Below are positions 40,292-52,200 of a DNA stretch of 64,000 nucleotides, piece by piece (the stretch's first letter is position 1; each line of letters opens with the position of its first letter). The DNA is from Squalus acanthias (lineage: Eukaryota): the NCBI GenBank assembly GCA_030390025.1, contig CM059444.1, forward strand, positions 51,832,001 to 51,896,000, given 5' to 3'. The notes beneath the pieces are model-generated. The model had not been told where the DNA came from and ran no database searches. It worked only from the letters and a program-made list of their open reading frames with translations. The translations under genes were made by a program, and so were the position numbers.

Positions 40292-41274
40292 AAAGCATTT
40301 ATTAAAACTGTTTCTGACCATATGATCTAATCTGGTTAATTTATATTGAGTATACGAAAGAAGGCAGGATTGGAGAGGCCATTTAGGAATGTTACCAAGT
40401 AACCAATAGCACTGCTGGGCTATTTCTTGGTACTTTAGTACTAAACGGATCCTTGGATGTTACTCACCGTTCTGTCGCCCCGATCAGCTCTGCTCTGTAT
40501 CCATTCATATTATATGATCATTGCATGCCCCCTAGTGTTCACCTCTAGCTTTACAGCTGCAAATAGCAGTTCCTGCATTGATTCTAATAGCCCAGATATT
40601 GGGCAAGTTTAATGCTCACGTTGTTATTAATGTGTAAATTGTCCAACAACTTGTGGCGAGGAAGAGATACCCCGTGAATAAGAACATAAGAATTAGGAGC
40701 AGGAGCAGGCCATAGGGCCCCTCAAGCCTGCTCCGCCATTCAATAAGATCATGGCTGATCTTCGACGTCAACTCCACTTTCCCGCCCGATCCCATAGCCC
40801 TCGATTCCCTTAGAGTCCAAAAATGTATCTATCTCAGCCTTGAATATACTCAACGACTGAGCATCCACAGCACTTTGGGGTAGAGAATTCCAAAGATTCA
40901 CAAACCTCTGAGTGAAGAAATTCCTCCTCATCTCATTCTTAGAGTGAACTGCACAGAGTGGTATTAAATGGAGTGCACTTAACGGAGTGTCAGCTGTGGC
41001 TCAGTGGGTAGCACACATGCCTCTGAATCAGAAGGTTGTGGTTTCTTCTTCTTTAAACAGATTGTTTTATTTGGGAATTTGGAGAGAGTGAGAATTCAGA
41101 GAAGGGGGGAAGGAGTTGCTGCGTTTTGCCTCCACTACTTGTAGTGCTTTGTGTTACAGGGAGATATTTAATTTCATTTACCCATAACTTAATTTAGATC
41201 AAATAAGTAGTCAAGAAACTAAACTGTAAACTAAGTTACTTAAATACAAATTTAATTAAATAAAACAAGTTCAT

Positions 41275-42233
41275 ATGGGGATGGCAATGCAGGTGGTGTG
41301 CCGCAACTGCAGCATGTGGGAGTTTGTGGAGAGCATTGTGATCCCGGACAAACACATTTGCAGTAAGTGCCTGCATCTTGAGGAACTTCAGCTTAGAGTT
41401 GTGGAGTCTGAGGTGCAGACATTGCGGGGCATCAGGGAGGGGGAGAGTTACCTGGACACTTTGATCCAGGAGGCAGTCACACCCCTTAGTTTAGGTAGTG
41501 GTACAGGTCTGGTTAGTGGTCAGGGACAGGAGGGTGTGCCTGTAACTCAGGCAGGTAAGGGGACCCCAGGTGCAGTGCTGGAGGAGCCTCAGCCTTTGAC
41601 TTGTCCAACAGGTATGAGGTTCTTGCTGCCTGTGTGGATGAGGGAAAAGCCTGCAGGATGGATGAGCAAGCTGACCATGGCACCATGGTGCAGGTGGCCA
41701 TTCAAGTGGGGGGAGTGAAAGGGAATGTAGTTGTGGTAGGGAACAGTATAGTCAGATGGATAGATACTGTTCTCTGCAGCCACGACCGGGAATTCTGAAG
41801 GTTGTGTTGCCTGCCCAGTGCCAGGGTTAAAGACATCTCCTCACGGCTGGAGAAGAACTTGGAGTGGGAAGGGGAGGATCCAGTTGTCGTGGTCCACGTA
41901 GGAACCAATGACATAGGTAGAACTAGGAATGAGGTTCTGCTGAGAGAGTTTGAGGAGTTGGGGTCCAAATTAAAAAGCAGAACCTCAAAGGTAATAATCT
42001 CTGGATTGTTACCTGAACCACTCGCCAATTGGCACAGGGATCAGCAGATTAGAAGGTTAAATGCGTGGCTGAAAGAGTGGTGTGGAAGGAAGGGGTTTCG
42101 GTTCATGGGGCACTGGCACCAGTACTGGGGAAAGAGGGAGCTGTTCCGTTGGGATGGGCTCCACTTAAACTGGGCTGGAACCAGTGTCCTGGCGAATCGA
42201 ATAACTAGGGCATTAGACAGGGCTTTAAACTAA
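41275..42233 (+). pseudogene. CR1 ORF1 (zinc finger/coiled coil plus SGNH esterase)
   Basis: CRNCSMWE...CSKC; VVVGNSIVR; HVGTND; DGLHLN; one frameshift and one stop. Confidence 0.9.
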
Positions 42234-43295
42234 TGAAGGGGGAGTGGGAGGATTCCGGAAAGAGTAAATTTAAAAGCAGCAAGAGCAATGTCAAGGCTCT
42301 AGAGCAGAGTAGAGTTTTGGGTAACAATAAGCAGAGTGGGTCAGGAAGGGACAGAGAGAGTAACAAAGGTAATAAGGTATCAGTGACTAAGTGACATCAG
42401 GGAAAAATAGAAAAAAGTCAAAGCTAAAGGCACTGAAGTAAGCCCCCAAAGTGCGGACCAAGTGATATACAAGGTCGACGCTACTGGCTTGTTGAAAGAA
42501 AGACAGACCAAGTAACTGAAGTCACAACGGTTTATTCAGGCCTGGGGAGAACCTCTTACATCGCTGTGTAAGTCCAACTCCACCAAGCTAATCAAAGCAC
42601 ACATATTTATACAAACATTTCTGCCTTACCCTTACGGAGATCCAATTAATTTTAAAAGTTACACATTTACTCATTATCCGAGGGTGGCGGTTTATACAAA
42701 GATAACACATAATTTACACACAATGCTGTGCTAGCCCATGATGTGGTTTCCAGAACTGTGCTAGCCGTTTTCTGTTAATCTCGTTATAGGCCTGCTTCTG
42801 TTAATCTCGTTTTAGGCCTGCTTTTCTGCAAATGAGTCATGCCTGTCTTGCCCTTGTTATGTCCAATTTTTTAATATCTTACTTCAGTCCCCCCTTTTGA
42901 CCTATTGGACAACTGTTCCAATACAGGTCAACATGTATTCCTGTTGCCTGGTGTTTGCCCGAGCGTGCACTCTCTGGCCTTCTACCAGTCTAGGTTATAC
43001 ATGGGTATGACATAAACCAACTTATGAGCCGGTTTCACCCCACGCGGTATATGTGGTCTTTTTTGTCTTTGTTCTTATGTTGCCATTCCCGGGGCCCCAG
43101 AGCCCTGCATCAATGGTTTGAGCTTCTGGTTCGAGCTCGTCCTCCATTCCCCCGGTGGGTGCGTGACGTGTCCTTTCGAGACTGTCATCACTCATCAATC
43201 CTGTTTCTGCCACTCCCATCTTACGGTTGGCCGGCCTGGTTATTAATTACCGTGTCCAATTCATTCCTTGTAATGTTAGGGCTATAGATCGGGTC

Positions 43296-45068
43296 TTACA
43301 CCATTCTCATAAGAGTGGCTGAGGGATCTCCTGTGAGAAGCTCCTCATCCTCCTTTCTTTCATGGTTTGCCACGGCGCCAATCTTGGCTTTACCTAATCT
43401 AGTGCAGAGGCATTTGAGCAGCAAGAGTACACAGTATATTGTAATAACAATCACGAGGAATATCATTATGCCTTGTACCACTGAGGCGCCCAACGTCCCC
43501 AACCATCCTGATCCCCAATCACCAAAATAGGAAGAGGTGGGGGAGTTTCTAGTTTTTCTTGCCTGTTCTTGTATGTGGGTTGCAAGGTTCTCAATCTCTT
43601 CTGAATCATCTGGAATGTAAGTGCAGCATGTTGGTCCTATTATGGCACACGTCCCTCCTTCCTTTGCTAATAGATAATCTAGGGCTATCCGGTTCTGCAT
43701 TGCGACAGTACGTACAGCTACCAATTCTTCATTTATTGATCTGGCCATCCCGACCATATCATTGGCTACTTGTTCCAATAATGTATTTAATTGGTCCGTT
43801 TCTAAAATGGTTCTATGTACCCCATAGAAAGGCCACATTATGGCCATAACCTTTTCCCAGGTTTGCACCGCCCGTTTGCTCCTGCCCATTGGAACCCCTT
43901 GTTGGGCGTCGGTTAGGGTTTTGTGGTGGGTTACATATGGCTGTACATTGCCGAGGTAACATGATCCTCTCCAGTTGGATGGCAGCCAGGGGTACGCCCT
44001 TTCACCGCATATAAAATACGTGCCATTATAGGCACATGTCCGGGATTCGTCCGTTACCCACAGTATGATAGTGTTCCCTTCCGTGCCATTATCAAGGGGA
44101 CAAAAATGAGAAGTCGCACAACACCAGGTTATAGTCCAACAGTTTTATTTGAAATTACGAGCTTTTGGAGCTCTGCTCCTTCGTCAGGTACAGTGAGGGA
44201 ATACAAATCGGTTACAAAGTATATATAGACAGAGAACAATGTGTCTGCGTTTGACACGTTGGACCCCCTGTGACCCACCTCATTGTCTTAGCTGTACTCT
44301 GCTGTGTCTTTGATGTAATGCCTCCCTGACGGATTGTATCTCTGCAGACACATTGTTCTCTGTCTAAATATACTTTGTAACCGATTTGTATTCCCTCACT
44401 GTACCTGATGAAGGAGCAGAGCTCCAAAAGCTCGTAATTTCAAATAAAACTGTTGGACTATAACCTGGTGTTGTGCGACTTCTCATTTTTGTCCACCCCA
44501 GTCCAACACCGGCATCTCCGCATTATTATCAAGGGGGACAGTTAGATACGTTGCGGTGAACACTGGCCCGTCTTGGGCTCGTGTCATACTGACATTTTGG
44601 CAACATTTACTGCGTCCCATATCCCTTCCCGCTCCTTCCCTTGTTATACAAATTATTCCTTCCACTTTTTCCTTGAGGGTCAAAAATGGAGGTTCCTGTG
44701 TGTTAGTGTACTTGGGAAGATACCACCCTCTGAACCGATCTGGGTCATACCCTGCTGCCTCCCATTGCTTCTTCACCTGGCTTGTATCCTCCCCCTTGCT
44801 ATTGATACCGTTATCATTTCCGGTGTTATTTTGATTAAGAAACCAGGATGCCATTTCCGAGTAATTAAAAGGCACGGGTTTCACCGGAATTCCTTCCTCG
44901 GAATTTGTCGGGGCTCCGGAGCAGACCCAACAGCTAGAGAGGTTCAGCTGACTCGCATATTTCCATGACATATACAAGTAACTATTTCCTGTAGTTTTAG
45001 GCATCCTTTCTACATTATGGAGTACGCCTAGGCCTATAAGGCCATATGTAAGCAGATACTTGATCATC
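43296..45068 (-). pseudogene. env: Gamma-type retroviral envelope interrupted by the Penelope hairpin at 44103-44524
   Basis: Signal peptide MIKYLLTYGLIGLG; CWVC; YFICG...WRGSCYLG; furin site RSKR; ISD MQNRIALDYLLAKEGG; CX6CC; TM helix. Confidence 0.92.
44103..44524. mobile_element. Fold-back Penelope mini-element, family B
   Basis: Inverted arms about 44098-44248 / 44344-44494; TSD attatcaagggg(g)aca; termini match 18753-19164. Confidence 0.9.
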
Positions 45069-45457
45069 TTGTTCCTTGTTGTCGGCCGTCCCTTCTTCCG
45101 TCGTTCTTCTAATTTGTCCTGTGGAAATACAAGGCTGGTCGTCACCAGCAGTTAATTATTCCATTCTTACGACTTCTACTATCTCGGGCCTTGGGTTACC
45201 CCGTACCCGGATACACACTCCTTGATAGACGCATACAGAACCTACAATTATTCAGGCCATGCAGATACATCCAATTAAATTAGTAGAATGCCTTCCACTT
45301 CCTCATCTTGTAACCTTTGTTTGTTAGCAGGCATTGGTTTCATTAAGTGTTCCGTTTTCTGTAATTTTTTAGAGAGTTGTGTGATTAGTTTATTTTAGTT
45401 CATCCTTATTGACTCAATCCTGTTCCAGTCTCTTCTCTCCTGGCCAGTTTCCTAGAT

Positions 45458-46246
45458 CTATTGAAACATACAGACCACGAAGAATATTTTGTGTTCTGGT
45501 TTTAAACCGTTAAAGATAGTAGCTGGGCTTGCTACAATTGGATATTCCTTTGGGGTCACTTTATTTAAGGCTGTGTAATCGATTGTAAGTCGATATGACG
45601 CATCAGGTTTCTTTACGGGCCATACTGGAGAATTAGTGCCAGACACTTTTTCTCGCAAAATTCCTTGTTTAACTAGTTCCAATACTATACTCCGTACGGC
45701 TGTCTGGGCCTCCATTTTTAGGGGATACTGTTTATGGGGTCGATGGGTTGGCCCGGGGACTCTGACTGGGTTTATCTTGACCAGTCCGCAGTCCTGCTTG
45801 TGTTTGGTCCATAGTTCAGGGAATCGGTGGCAAATTTCCCCCCATCCTCCCTTTTTGTCCCATTTGGGGTCTATTATTCGGAGAGCGCTGATGGCGCATG
45901 CTGCCTTGTATCCCTTTGATTTATGTCTCTCTTCCTTATGGTTATCGGGCCATAGCAACTTATCCTGCTTGGGGTCTATTAAAACTCCTACTTCCCTTAG
46001 TATGGCTATACCCAGGATGGTCCCCTCAGTATTTTCACAGATCCAGAAACATGTAGGTATAATGATTTTTCCTAATTCTAGTAATACTGTCTCACTTTTC
46101 CATGCTTTAATTTTTACTCCCCCTATCCCGGATATAAAAATATTTTTCTTGGTTCGCGGCAAGGGTACGTTTGTTAGAGATATTGCTGCCCCGGTGTCTA
46201 TGAGCATTCTGCACTGTCGGCCTCCTACCAGTGCCTCAATAAACAT
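45458..46246 (-). pseudogene. pol: ERV protease plus RT N-terminus (remainder deleted)
   Basis: LIDTGA; KQYPLK; NSPVWPVKKPDASYRLTIDY. Confidence 0.9.
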
Positions 46247-46247
46247 T

Positions 46248-46850
46248 CTAGGGTCTCCCTTTGCCGGGTCTCCGAGGGCCGCTACCTGTCAGGCATTGCC
46301 CTTTTTTATTTGTTTGACCAGTTTTTCCATTTTCCTTGTCAGCCCCACTATGTTTCCTCGTCGGAGGTGTCTGAGGAATCGTCTCTCTTATACTTCCTAC
46401 TCTTTCTCCTCTTCCTTTCTTCTCTTTCCCTGCCATCCTCCCAGTCTTGCATTCCCTTCTTGATCAGTTTCGCCACGTTTCCTCGTTATTCTCTGACCTT
46501 CCAATACTTGACCCCGGTTTTCCTCCCTGTCTAGGTCCCTGACCTTCCCTTCCTCCTCCTTTATTCCAACATTGTTGTTTCCTATGCCCTGGTTTTCCAC
46601 AGTTATGACAGGAAGCCTTTTGCTGAGATGTCTGATTACCCCCCTTGTTCTGTTGCCTCGGGCAATCCCTTTTCATGTGGCCCTCCTGTCCGCAACCGAA
46701 GCATGCCGCCACACTTAATGCATCTTCATTGTCGCTATCCGTCCTTAGAGCAGCTATTTTAGGTTTGGCTTGTTCTTGGGCCTGATTATCTACTTCGCAC
46801 GCCCACTGTATTAAATCATCCCAATTATTGTGGACCCGTCTTAGGTTATC
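46248..46850 (-). pseudogene. gag: ERV gag C-terminal remnant (nucleocapsid)
   Basis: Two CCHC knuckles, CFGCGQEGHMKRDC and CHNCGKPGHRKQQC. Confidence 0.88.
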
Positions 46851-47374
46851 GCTGTCCGAGAGTTTTTGTTCAGATCGCGTATCCCATCCTCGTCGCCAAT
46901 TGAAGCCCCCAAAGTGCGGACCAAGTGATATACAAGGTCGACGCTACTGGCTTGTTGAAAGAAAGACAGACCAAGTAATTGAAGTCACAACGGTTTATTC
47001 AGGCCTGGGGAGAACCTCTTACATCGCTGCGTAAGTCCAACTCCACCAAGCTAATGAAAGCACACATATTTATACAAACATTTCTGCCTTACCCTTACGG
47101 AGATCCAATTAATTTTAAAAGTTACACATTTACTCATTATCCGAGGGTGGCGGTTTATACAAAGATAACACATAATTTACACACAATGCTGTGCTAGCCC
47201 ATGATGTGGTTTCCAGAACTGTGCTAGCCGTTTTCTGTTAATCTCGTTGTAGGCCTGCTTCTGTTAATCTCATTATAGGTCTGCTTTTCTGCAAATGAGT
47301 CATGCCCGTCTTGCCCTTGTTATGTCCAATTTTTTAATATCTTACTTCAGGCACTATATCTGAATGTGCAAATT

Positions 47375-47695
47375 TGGGGAATTTAAATTCAGTTAATAAA
47401 TAAATCTGGAATAGAAAGCTAGTATGACCATGAAACTACCGGATTATCGTAAAAACCCATCTGGTTCACTAAAGTCCTTTAGGGAAGGAAATCTGCCGTC
47501 CTTACCTGGTCTGGCCTGTATGTGACTCCAGACCCACAACAATGTGGTTGACTCTTAACTGCCCTCTGAAATGGCCTAGCAAACCACTCAGTTGTATAAG
47601 GTGGCTCACCACCACCTTCTCAAGGGCATTTAGGAATGGGCAATAAATGCCGGCCTTGTCAGCGACACCCACATCCCATGAACGAATACATTTTT
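47375..47695 (+). mobile_element. SINE, 5' truncated (family of 27460-27885)
   Basis: Reverse complement of about 27460-27790. Confidence 0.8.
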
Positions 47696-48283
47696 TACAA
47701 ATCCTAGGGTTTTAAGAGATAGCTGCAGAGATAGTGGATGCACTAGTATTAATCTTCCAGAATTCCCTAGATTCTAGAACAGTTCCCAAGGATTGGAAGG
47801 TAGCAAACATAACCCCGCTATTTAAAAAGGAGGAAGAGAAAAAATGGAAAACTATAGGCCAGTTAGCCTGACATCAGTAGTAGGCAAAATGCTAGAATCT
47901 ATTATTAGGGACGTGGTAACAGAGCACTTAGAAAATCATAATATGATTAGGCAGAGTCAACATGGATTTATGAAAGGGAAATCGTGTTTGACAAATCTGT
48001 TAGCATTTTTTGAAGATGTAACTAGTATGATGGATAAGGGGAACCAGTGGATGTAGTGTATTTGGATTTTCAAAAAGCATTCAATAAGGTGCCACACAAG
48101 AGGTTATTACACAAAATTAGGACTCATGGGATTTGGGGTAATATACTGGCATGGATTGAGGATTGGTTAATGGACAGAAAACAGAGAGTAGGAATAAACG
48201 GGACTTTTTCGGGTTGGCAGGCTGTAACTAGTGGGGTACCGCAAGGATCAGTGCTTGGGCCTCAGCTAGTAACAATCTATATT

Positions 48284-48327
48284 AATGACTTAGATGAAGG
48301 GACTGAATGACTTAGATGAAGGGACTG
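48284..48327 (+). repeat. 22-bp tandem duplication frameshifting the CR1 RT
   Basis: aatgacttagatgaagggactg x2. Confidence 0.9.
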
Positions 48328-49509
48328 AGTGTAACATATCCAAGTTTGATGATGATACAAAGTTAGGTGGGAAAGTAAGCTGTGAGGAGGACGCAAAGAG
48401 GCTGCTGAGAGATATAGACTGGTTGACTGAGTGGGCAAGAATATGGCAAATGGAATACAATGTGGGGAAGTGTGAAGTTATCCACTTTGGTAGGAAAAAC
48501 AAAAAAGCAGAATATTTTTTGAATGGTGAGAGACTGGGAAATGTTTGCATTCAGAGGGACCTGGGTGTCCTTGTACATGAATCACAGCAAGTTAACATGC
48601 AGGTACAGCAAGCAATTAAGAAAGCAAATGGTATGTTAGCTTTTGTTACAAAAGGGTTAGAGTATAAGAGTAAAGAAGCCTTACTACAATTATACAGGGC
48701 ATTGGTGAAGCCACACCTGGAGTAGTGTGTACAGTTCTGGTCTCCTTACCTAAGGAAAGACATACTTGCCTTAGAGGGAGTGCAACAAAGGTTTACTAGA
48801 CTGGTTCCCGGGATGAGGGGATTGCCCTTTGAGGAGAGATTGAGTAGACTAGGTCTATATTTCCTAGAGTTTAGAAGAATGAGAGGTGATCTAATTGAAA
48901 CATATAACATTCTTAAGGGGCCTGATAGGGTTAATGCTGGGAAAATGTTTCCCCTGGCTGGGGAATCTAGAACATGGGGTCACAGTCTCAGAATAAAGGG
49001 TCGGCCATTTAGGACTGAGATGAGGAGAAATTTCTTCACTCAAAGGGTCATGAATCTTTGGAATTCTCTACCCCAGAGAGCTGTGGATGCTCAGTCGTTG
49101 AGTATATTCAAGACAGAGATCGATAAATTTTTGGGAACTAAGGGAATGAAGGGATATGAGGATAGTGCGGGAATGTGGAGTTGAGGTAGAAGATCAGCCA
49201 TGATCTTGTTGAATGGCGGAGCAGGCTCAAAGGGCCAAATGGCCAACTCCAGCTCTTATTTCTTATGTTCTTATCTTCTTATTAAATAGCCGACCCCTTA
49301 TCCTGAGACTATGCCCCCGAGTTCTAGACTCTCCAGCCAGGGGAAACAACCTCTCAGCATGCAAATCTCCACAAGTTGCTGGACGATTTGTGCCGTTCCA
49401 TCGTTAGCCTTGCAAAAACAGCAACTCACCCGCAACCTCCCTGTGAGTTTCATGAAATTGCTGCATTTGCACATTAATTACCAATTAAACTCACCATAGA
49501 TAGTTAGGG

Positions 49510-49588
49510 AAATAACAACAGAAAACGCTGGAAAAACAGCGTTTTCTGTTGTTATTTCGGATTTCCAGCATCTGCAGTATTTTGCTAT
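49510..49588. mobile_element. 79-bp fold-back Penelope micro-element
   Basis: 15-bp TSD catagatagttaggg (49495-49509, 49589-49603); hairpin plus family A tail. Confidence 0.9.
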
Positions 49589-50384
49589 CATAGATAGTTA
49601 GGGCTTCTGCTTAACAGCTTTTTAATGAAGAGATTTATGTTCCTGCAATGCCAATCAACCTCTCCGGCCCAGAAAGGGACCAAGTTAAACTGTGGAGTCT
49701 GTACAGGTGGTAAATTGTTGTTGGAGATTTTTAAAATGTAAAGTTTAACATTTTTACATTTCTTCTTACTTTTTCCTTATCTCTCTTAATGCAATCTTCC
49801 TTTCCCTCTCTTTATTTCTCTTTCTGTACCTGATTTGACTCTAATTCATCCTATTTAATTTTCTGTCACTCCTCTGTTTTTTTCCTCACTCCCTAAATCT
49901 CATTAATTGAGGAGATACAATGTTGGTCGTGTTGTTCACTCAGGTCCCCCGTTGCCCTTGCTGTGCTGTTATCAGTTCACACTTCCAGCAACTTGCAGGG
50001 CAAAAAATCTCAAGCTGAAGGGTGGGGGGAAAAGTGTAACTAACAGGGCACGCCACGAGATGTCCCACTCCAGCAAAATCTGGGCAACTTAAATGAAAGA
50101 ATTGCATTTATATAGCATCCCATGACATCTCAGAAATGCCTCAAAACACTTCACATACAAGGAACTACTTCGAAGTGCAGCTATTTTGTTATGTAGGCAA
50201 TCACAGAAACCATTTTTCATGCAGAAAAATTCCTACAAATGACCCATCAGGTTTGATGTCATTTCGGGGCAGAAATTTCAAATAAACCAGGAGAGCTCTC
50301 TGCTGTTTCTCAAAAACATTCTACTCCTGATAATTTAAAATCATTTTTTTGCTCCTAAATATTCTGAATTAACCAATAATTTGC

Positions 50385-50885
50385 CATAGACTATGCAGCA
50401 CAGAAACAGGCCATTCGGCCCAACTAGTCTGTGCTGTTGTTTATACTCCACACGAGTCTCCTCCCATTCCATCTGCCTCATCTCAGTCTTTCAGCATATC
50501 TTTCTATTCCCTTTTCTCTCATGTACTCGTCTAGTTTCGTATTGAAAGCATCTAAGCTATTTGCCTCAACCACTTCCTGTGGTAGTGAGTTCCACATTCG
50601 AACCACTCTCTGAGTAAAGAAATTGCTCCTTATTTCCCTATTGGATTCATGAGTAACTATCCTGTATTCATAGCCCCTAGTTTTGGATTCTCCCACAAGT
50701 GGAAGCATTCTCTCCACATCTACCCTGTCCAACCCATTCATCATTTTAAAGACCTCTATCAGGTCTCCTGAAGTCATCTCTTTTCTAAAGAAAAAAGCTA
50801 CAACCTGGTTAATCTTTCCTGATAGCTATAATCTCTCAGTTCTGGTACCACCCTTGTAAATCTTTTTTGCACTTTCTCCAGTGAT
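50385..50885 (-). mobile_element. CR1 3' fragment
   Basis: GDLIEVFKMMNG...FFTQRVVRMWNSLP. Confidence 0.85.
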
Positions 50886-51771
50886 TCTCCAAATAACAAA
50901 AATAACACAGCAAAGTGGAATTTCAGGATTGAATTAAATGATCAGATATTTGTATTAAGCAACTTTAAATGAAGAAGCGCAGACTGTATGTCCACCTGAA
51001 CCAGCAGACGAGTCAGACAGGACCTTGGCTTAACATCTTATCCATAGGACAATCTCACCAGCACTCCATCAGCTGTAGTGTGTCGCTGCTCTAGACTGGC
51101 AGACATTTGCGATTCCTGTTAGTCAACTTGACTGGCCCTTAGGGTAGCTGTACATTCCCAGAGCTTTCTGCAATGCAAAATGGTCTTTCACTGAGACATC
51201 ACTAAAGAGTCTGGAATGTTCTGTGGTCGCAACGGCCTGGACATTATTAATACCCTCTGCTGTTTTTGTCCACTAAATACAAAGCTGCTTTTCAACTAGT
51301 GGGATGTTTCTGGCCAGTTGACAGGAAGTGATTGTGTTTGGGTGGGGGGGGGCACAGATTTAGTCATTAAAGAAAGCACTAGAATAGAGAGAGAAAATCT
51401 TTTTTGAAATACTTTAAAGGAGTTATTGGCTCTCTAATTAATGAAACTGTCTTTATAGGACTGTCAGTATTGTAAATTACATTTTTAACATTTACTTTTT
51501 TCATCTAGTCTTACACAAATATCTTTATTGCTTGTCAATGCATAATCATAGATGTGGAATTTGGAATTTATCCCATGGTTATGAGAACCAATCCAACCAG
51601 CGCAACTATCCCATGAGCTATTGCTTATTAGTATTAAATAAAATGCAGACACATATGAACAGCAGCCATGACAACCCACTCACCATGACTACGCATAAGC
51701 ATTCCAAAATATCAACCCACAAATAACTTATACAAAAAGAAAATAAGTGGACCAGAAAAACCCACTCGTAA

Positions 51772-52200
51772 CAGAACATAGGAACGTAGGAACAGGCCCT
51801 TCGAGCCATTCAATGAGATCATGGCTGATCTGCGACCTAACTCCATGTACCTGCCCCATATCCCTTAATACTTTTGGTTAACAAAAAGCTATCAATCTCA
51901 GATTTAAAATTAACAATTGACCCAGCATCAATTGCCGTTTGCGGAAGAGTGTTCCAAACTTCTACCACCCTTTGTGTGTAGAAGTGTTTCCTAATTTCAC
52001 TCCTGAAAGGTCTGGTTCTAATTTTTAGACTATGCCCCCTGGACCTAGAATCCCCAACCAGCGGAAATAGTTTCTCTCTATCTACCCTATCTGTTCCCCT
52101 TAATATCTTGAAAACTTCAATCAAATCACCCCTTAACCTTCTAAATTCCAGGGAATACAACCCTAATTTGTGTAATCTCTCCTCGTAACTTAACCCCTGG
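51772..52200 (-). mobile_element. CR1 3' fragment
   Basis: ORF 51837-52160 encodes the CR1 C-terminus. Confidence 0.88.

Larger units (their letters stand above)
42434..47349 (-). mobile_element. Endogenous retrovirus, class III/SnRV-like, internally deleted
   Basis: LTRs 42434-42886 and 46901-47349 (about 8 substitutions plus a 4-bp indel); terminal IR TGAAGTAAG/CTTACTTCA; 5-bp TSD GGCAC; 18-nt PBS TGGCGACGAGGATGGGAT; PPT AAAAGGGGGGAC. Confidence 0.95.
40942..49273 (+). mobile_element. CR1 LINE with ORF1, split by the ERV and a SINE; ORF2 has an internal deletion
   Basis: ORF1 41275-42233; KLKAL|YLN junction across the ERV; RT 47710-49184; tail tcttatgttctta. Confidence 0.88.
40678..49359 (-). 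mobile_element. CR1 3' fragment split into 40678-40941 and about 49280-49359
   Basis: ...ctcctcatctcattctta continues as ttaaatagccgaccccttatcctgagactatg. Confidence 0.75.
40590..50085. mobile_element. Harbinger-like MITE split by nested insertions (40590-40677 and 49360-50085)
   Basis: Ends gcccagatattg / caaaatctgggc; colinear with 6739-6774 plus 12852-13557. Confidence 0.7.

Noticed and set aside
40985-41045. tRNA gene
   Set aside because: A box present but no complete cloverleaf; looks like a truncated SINE head
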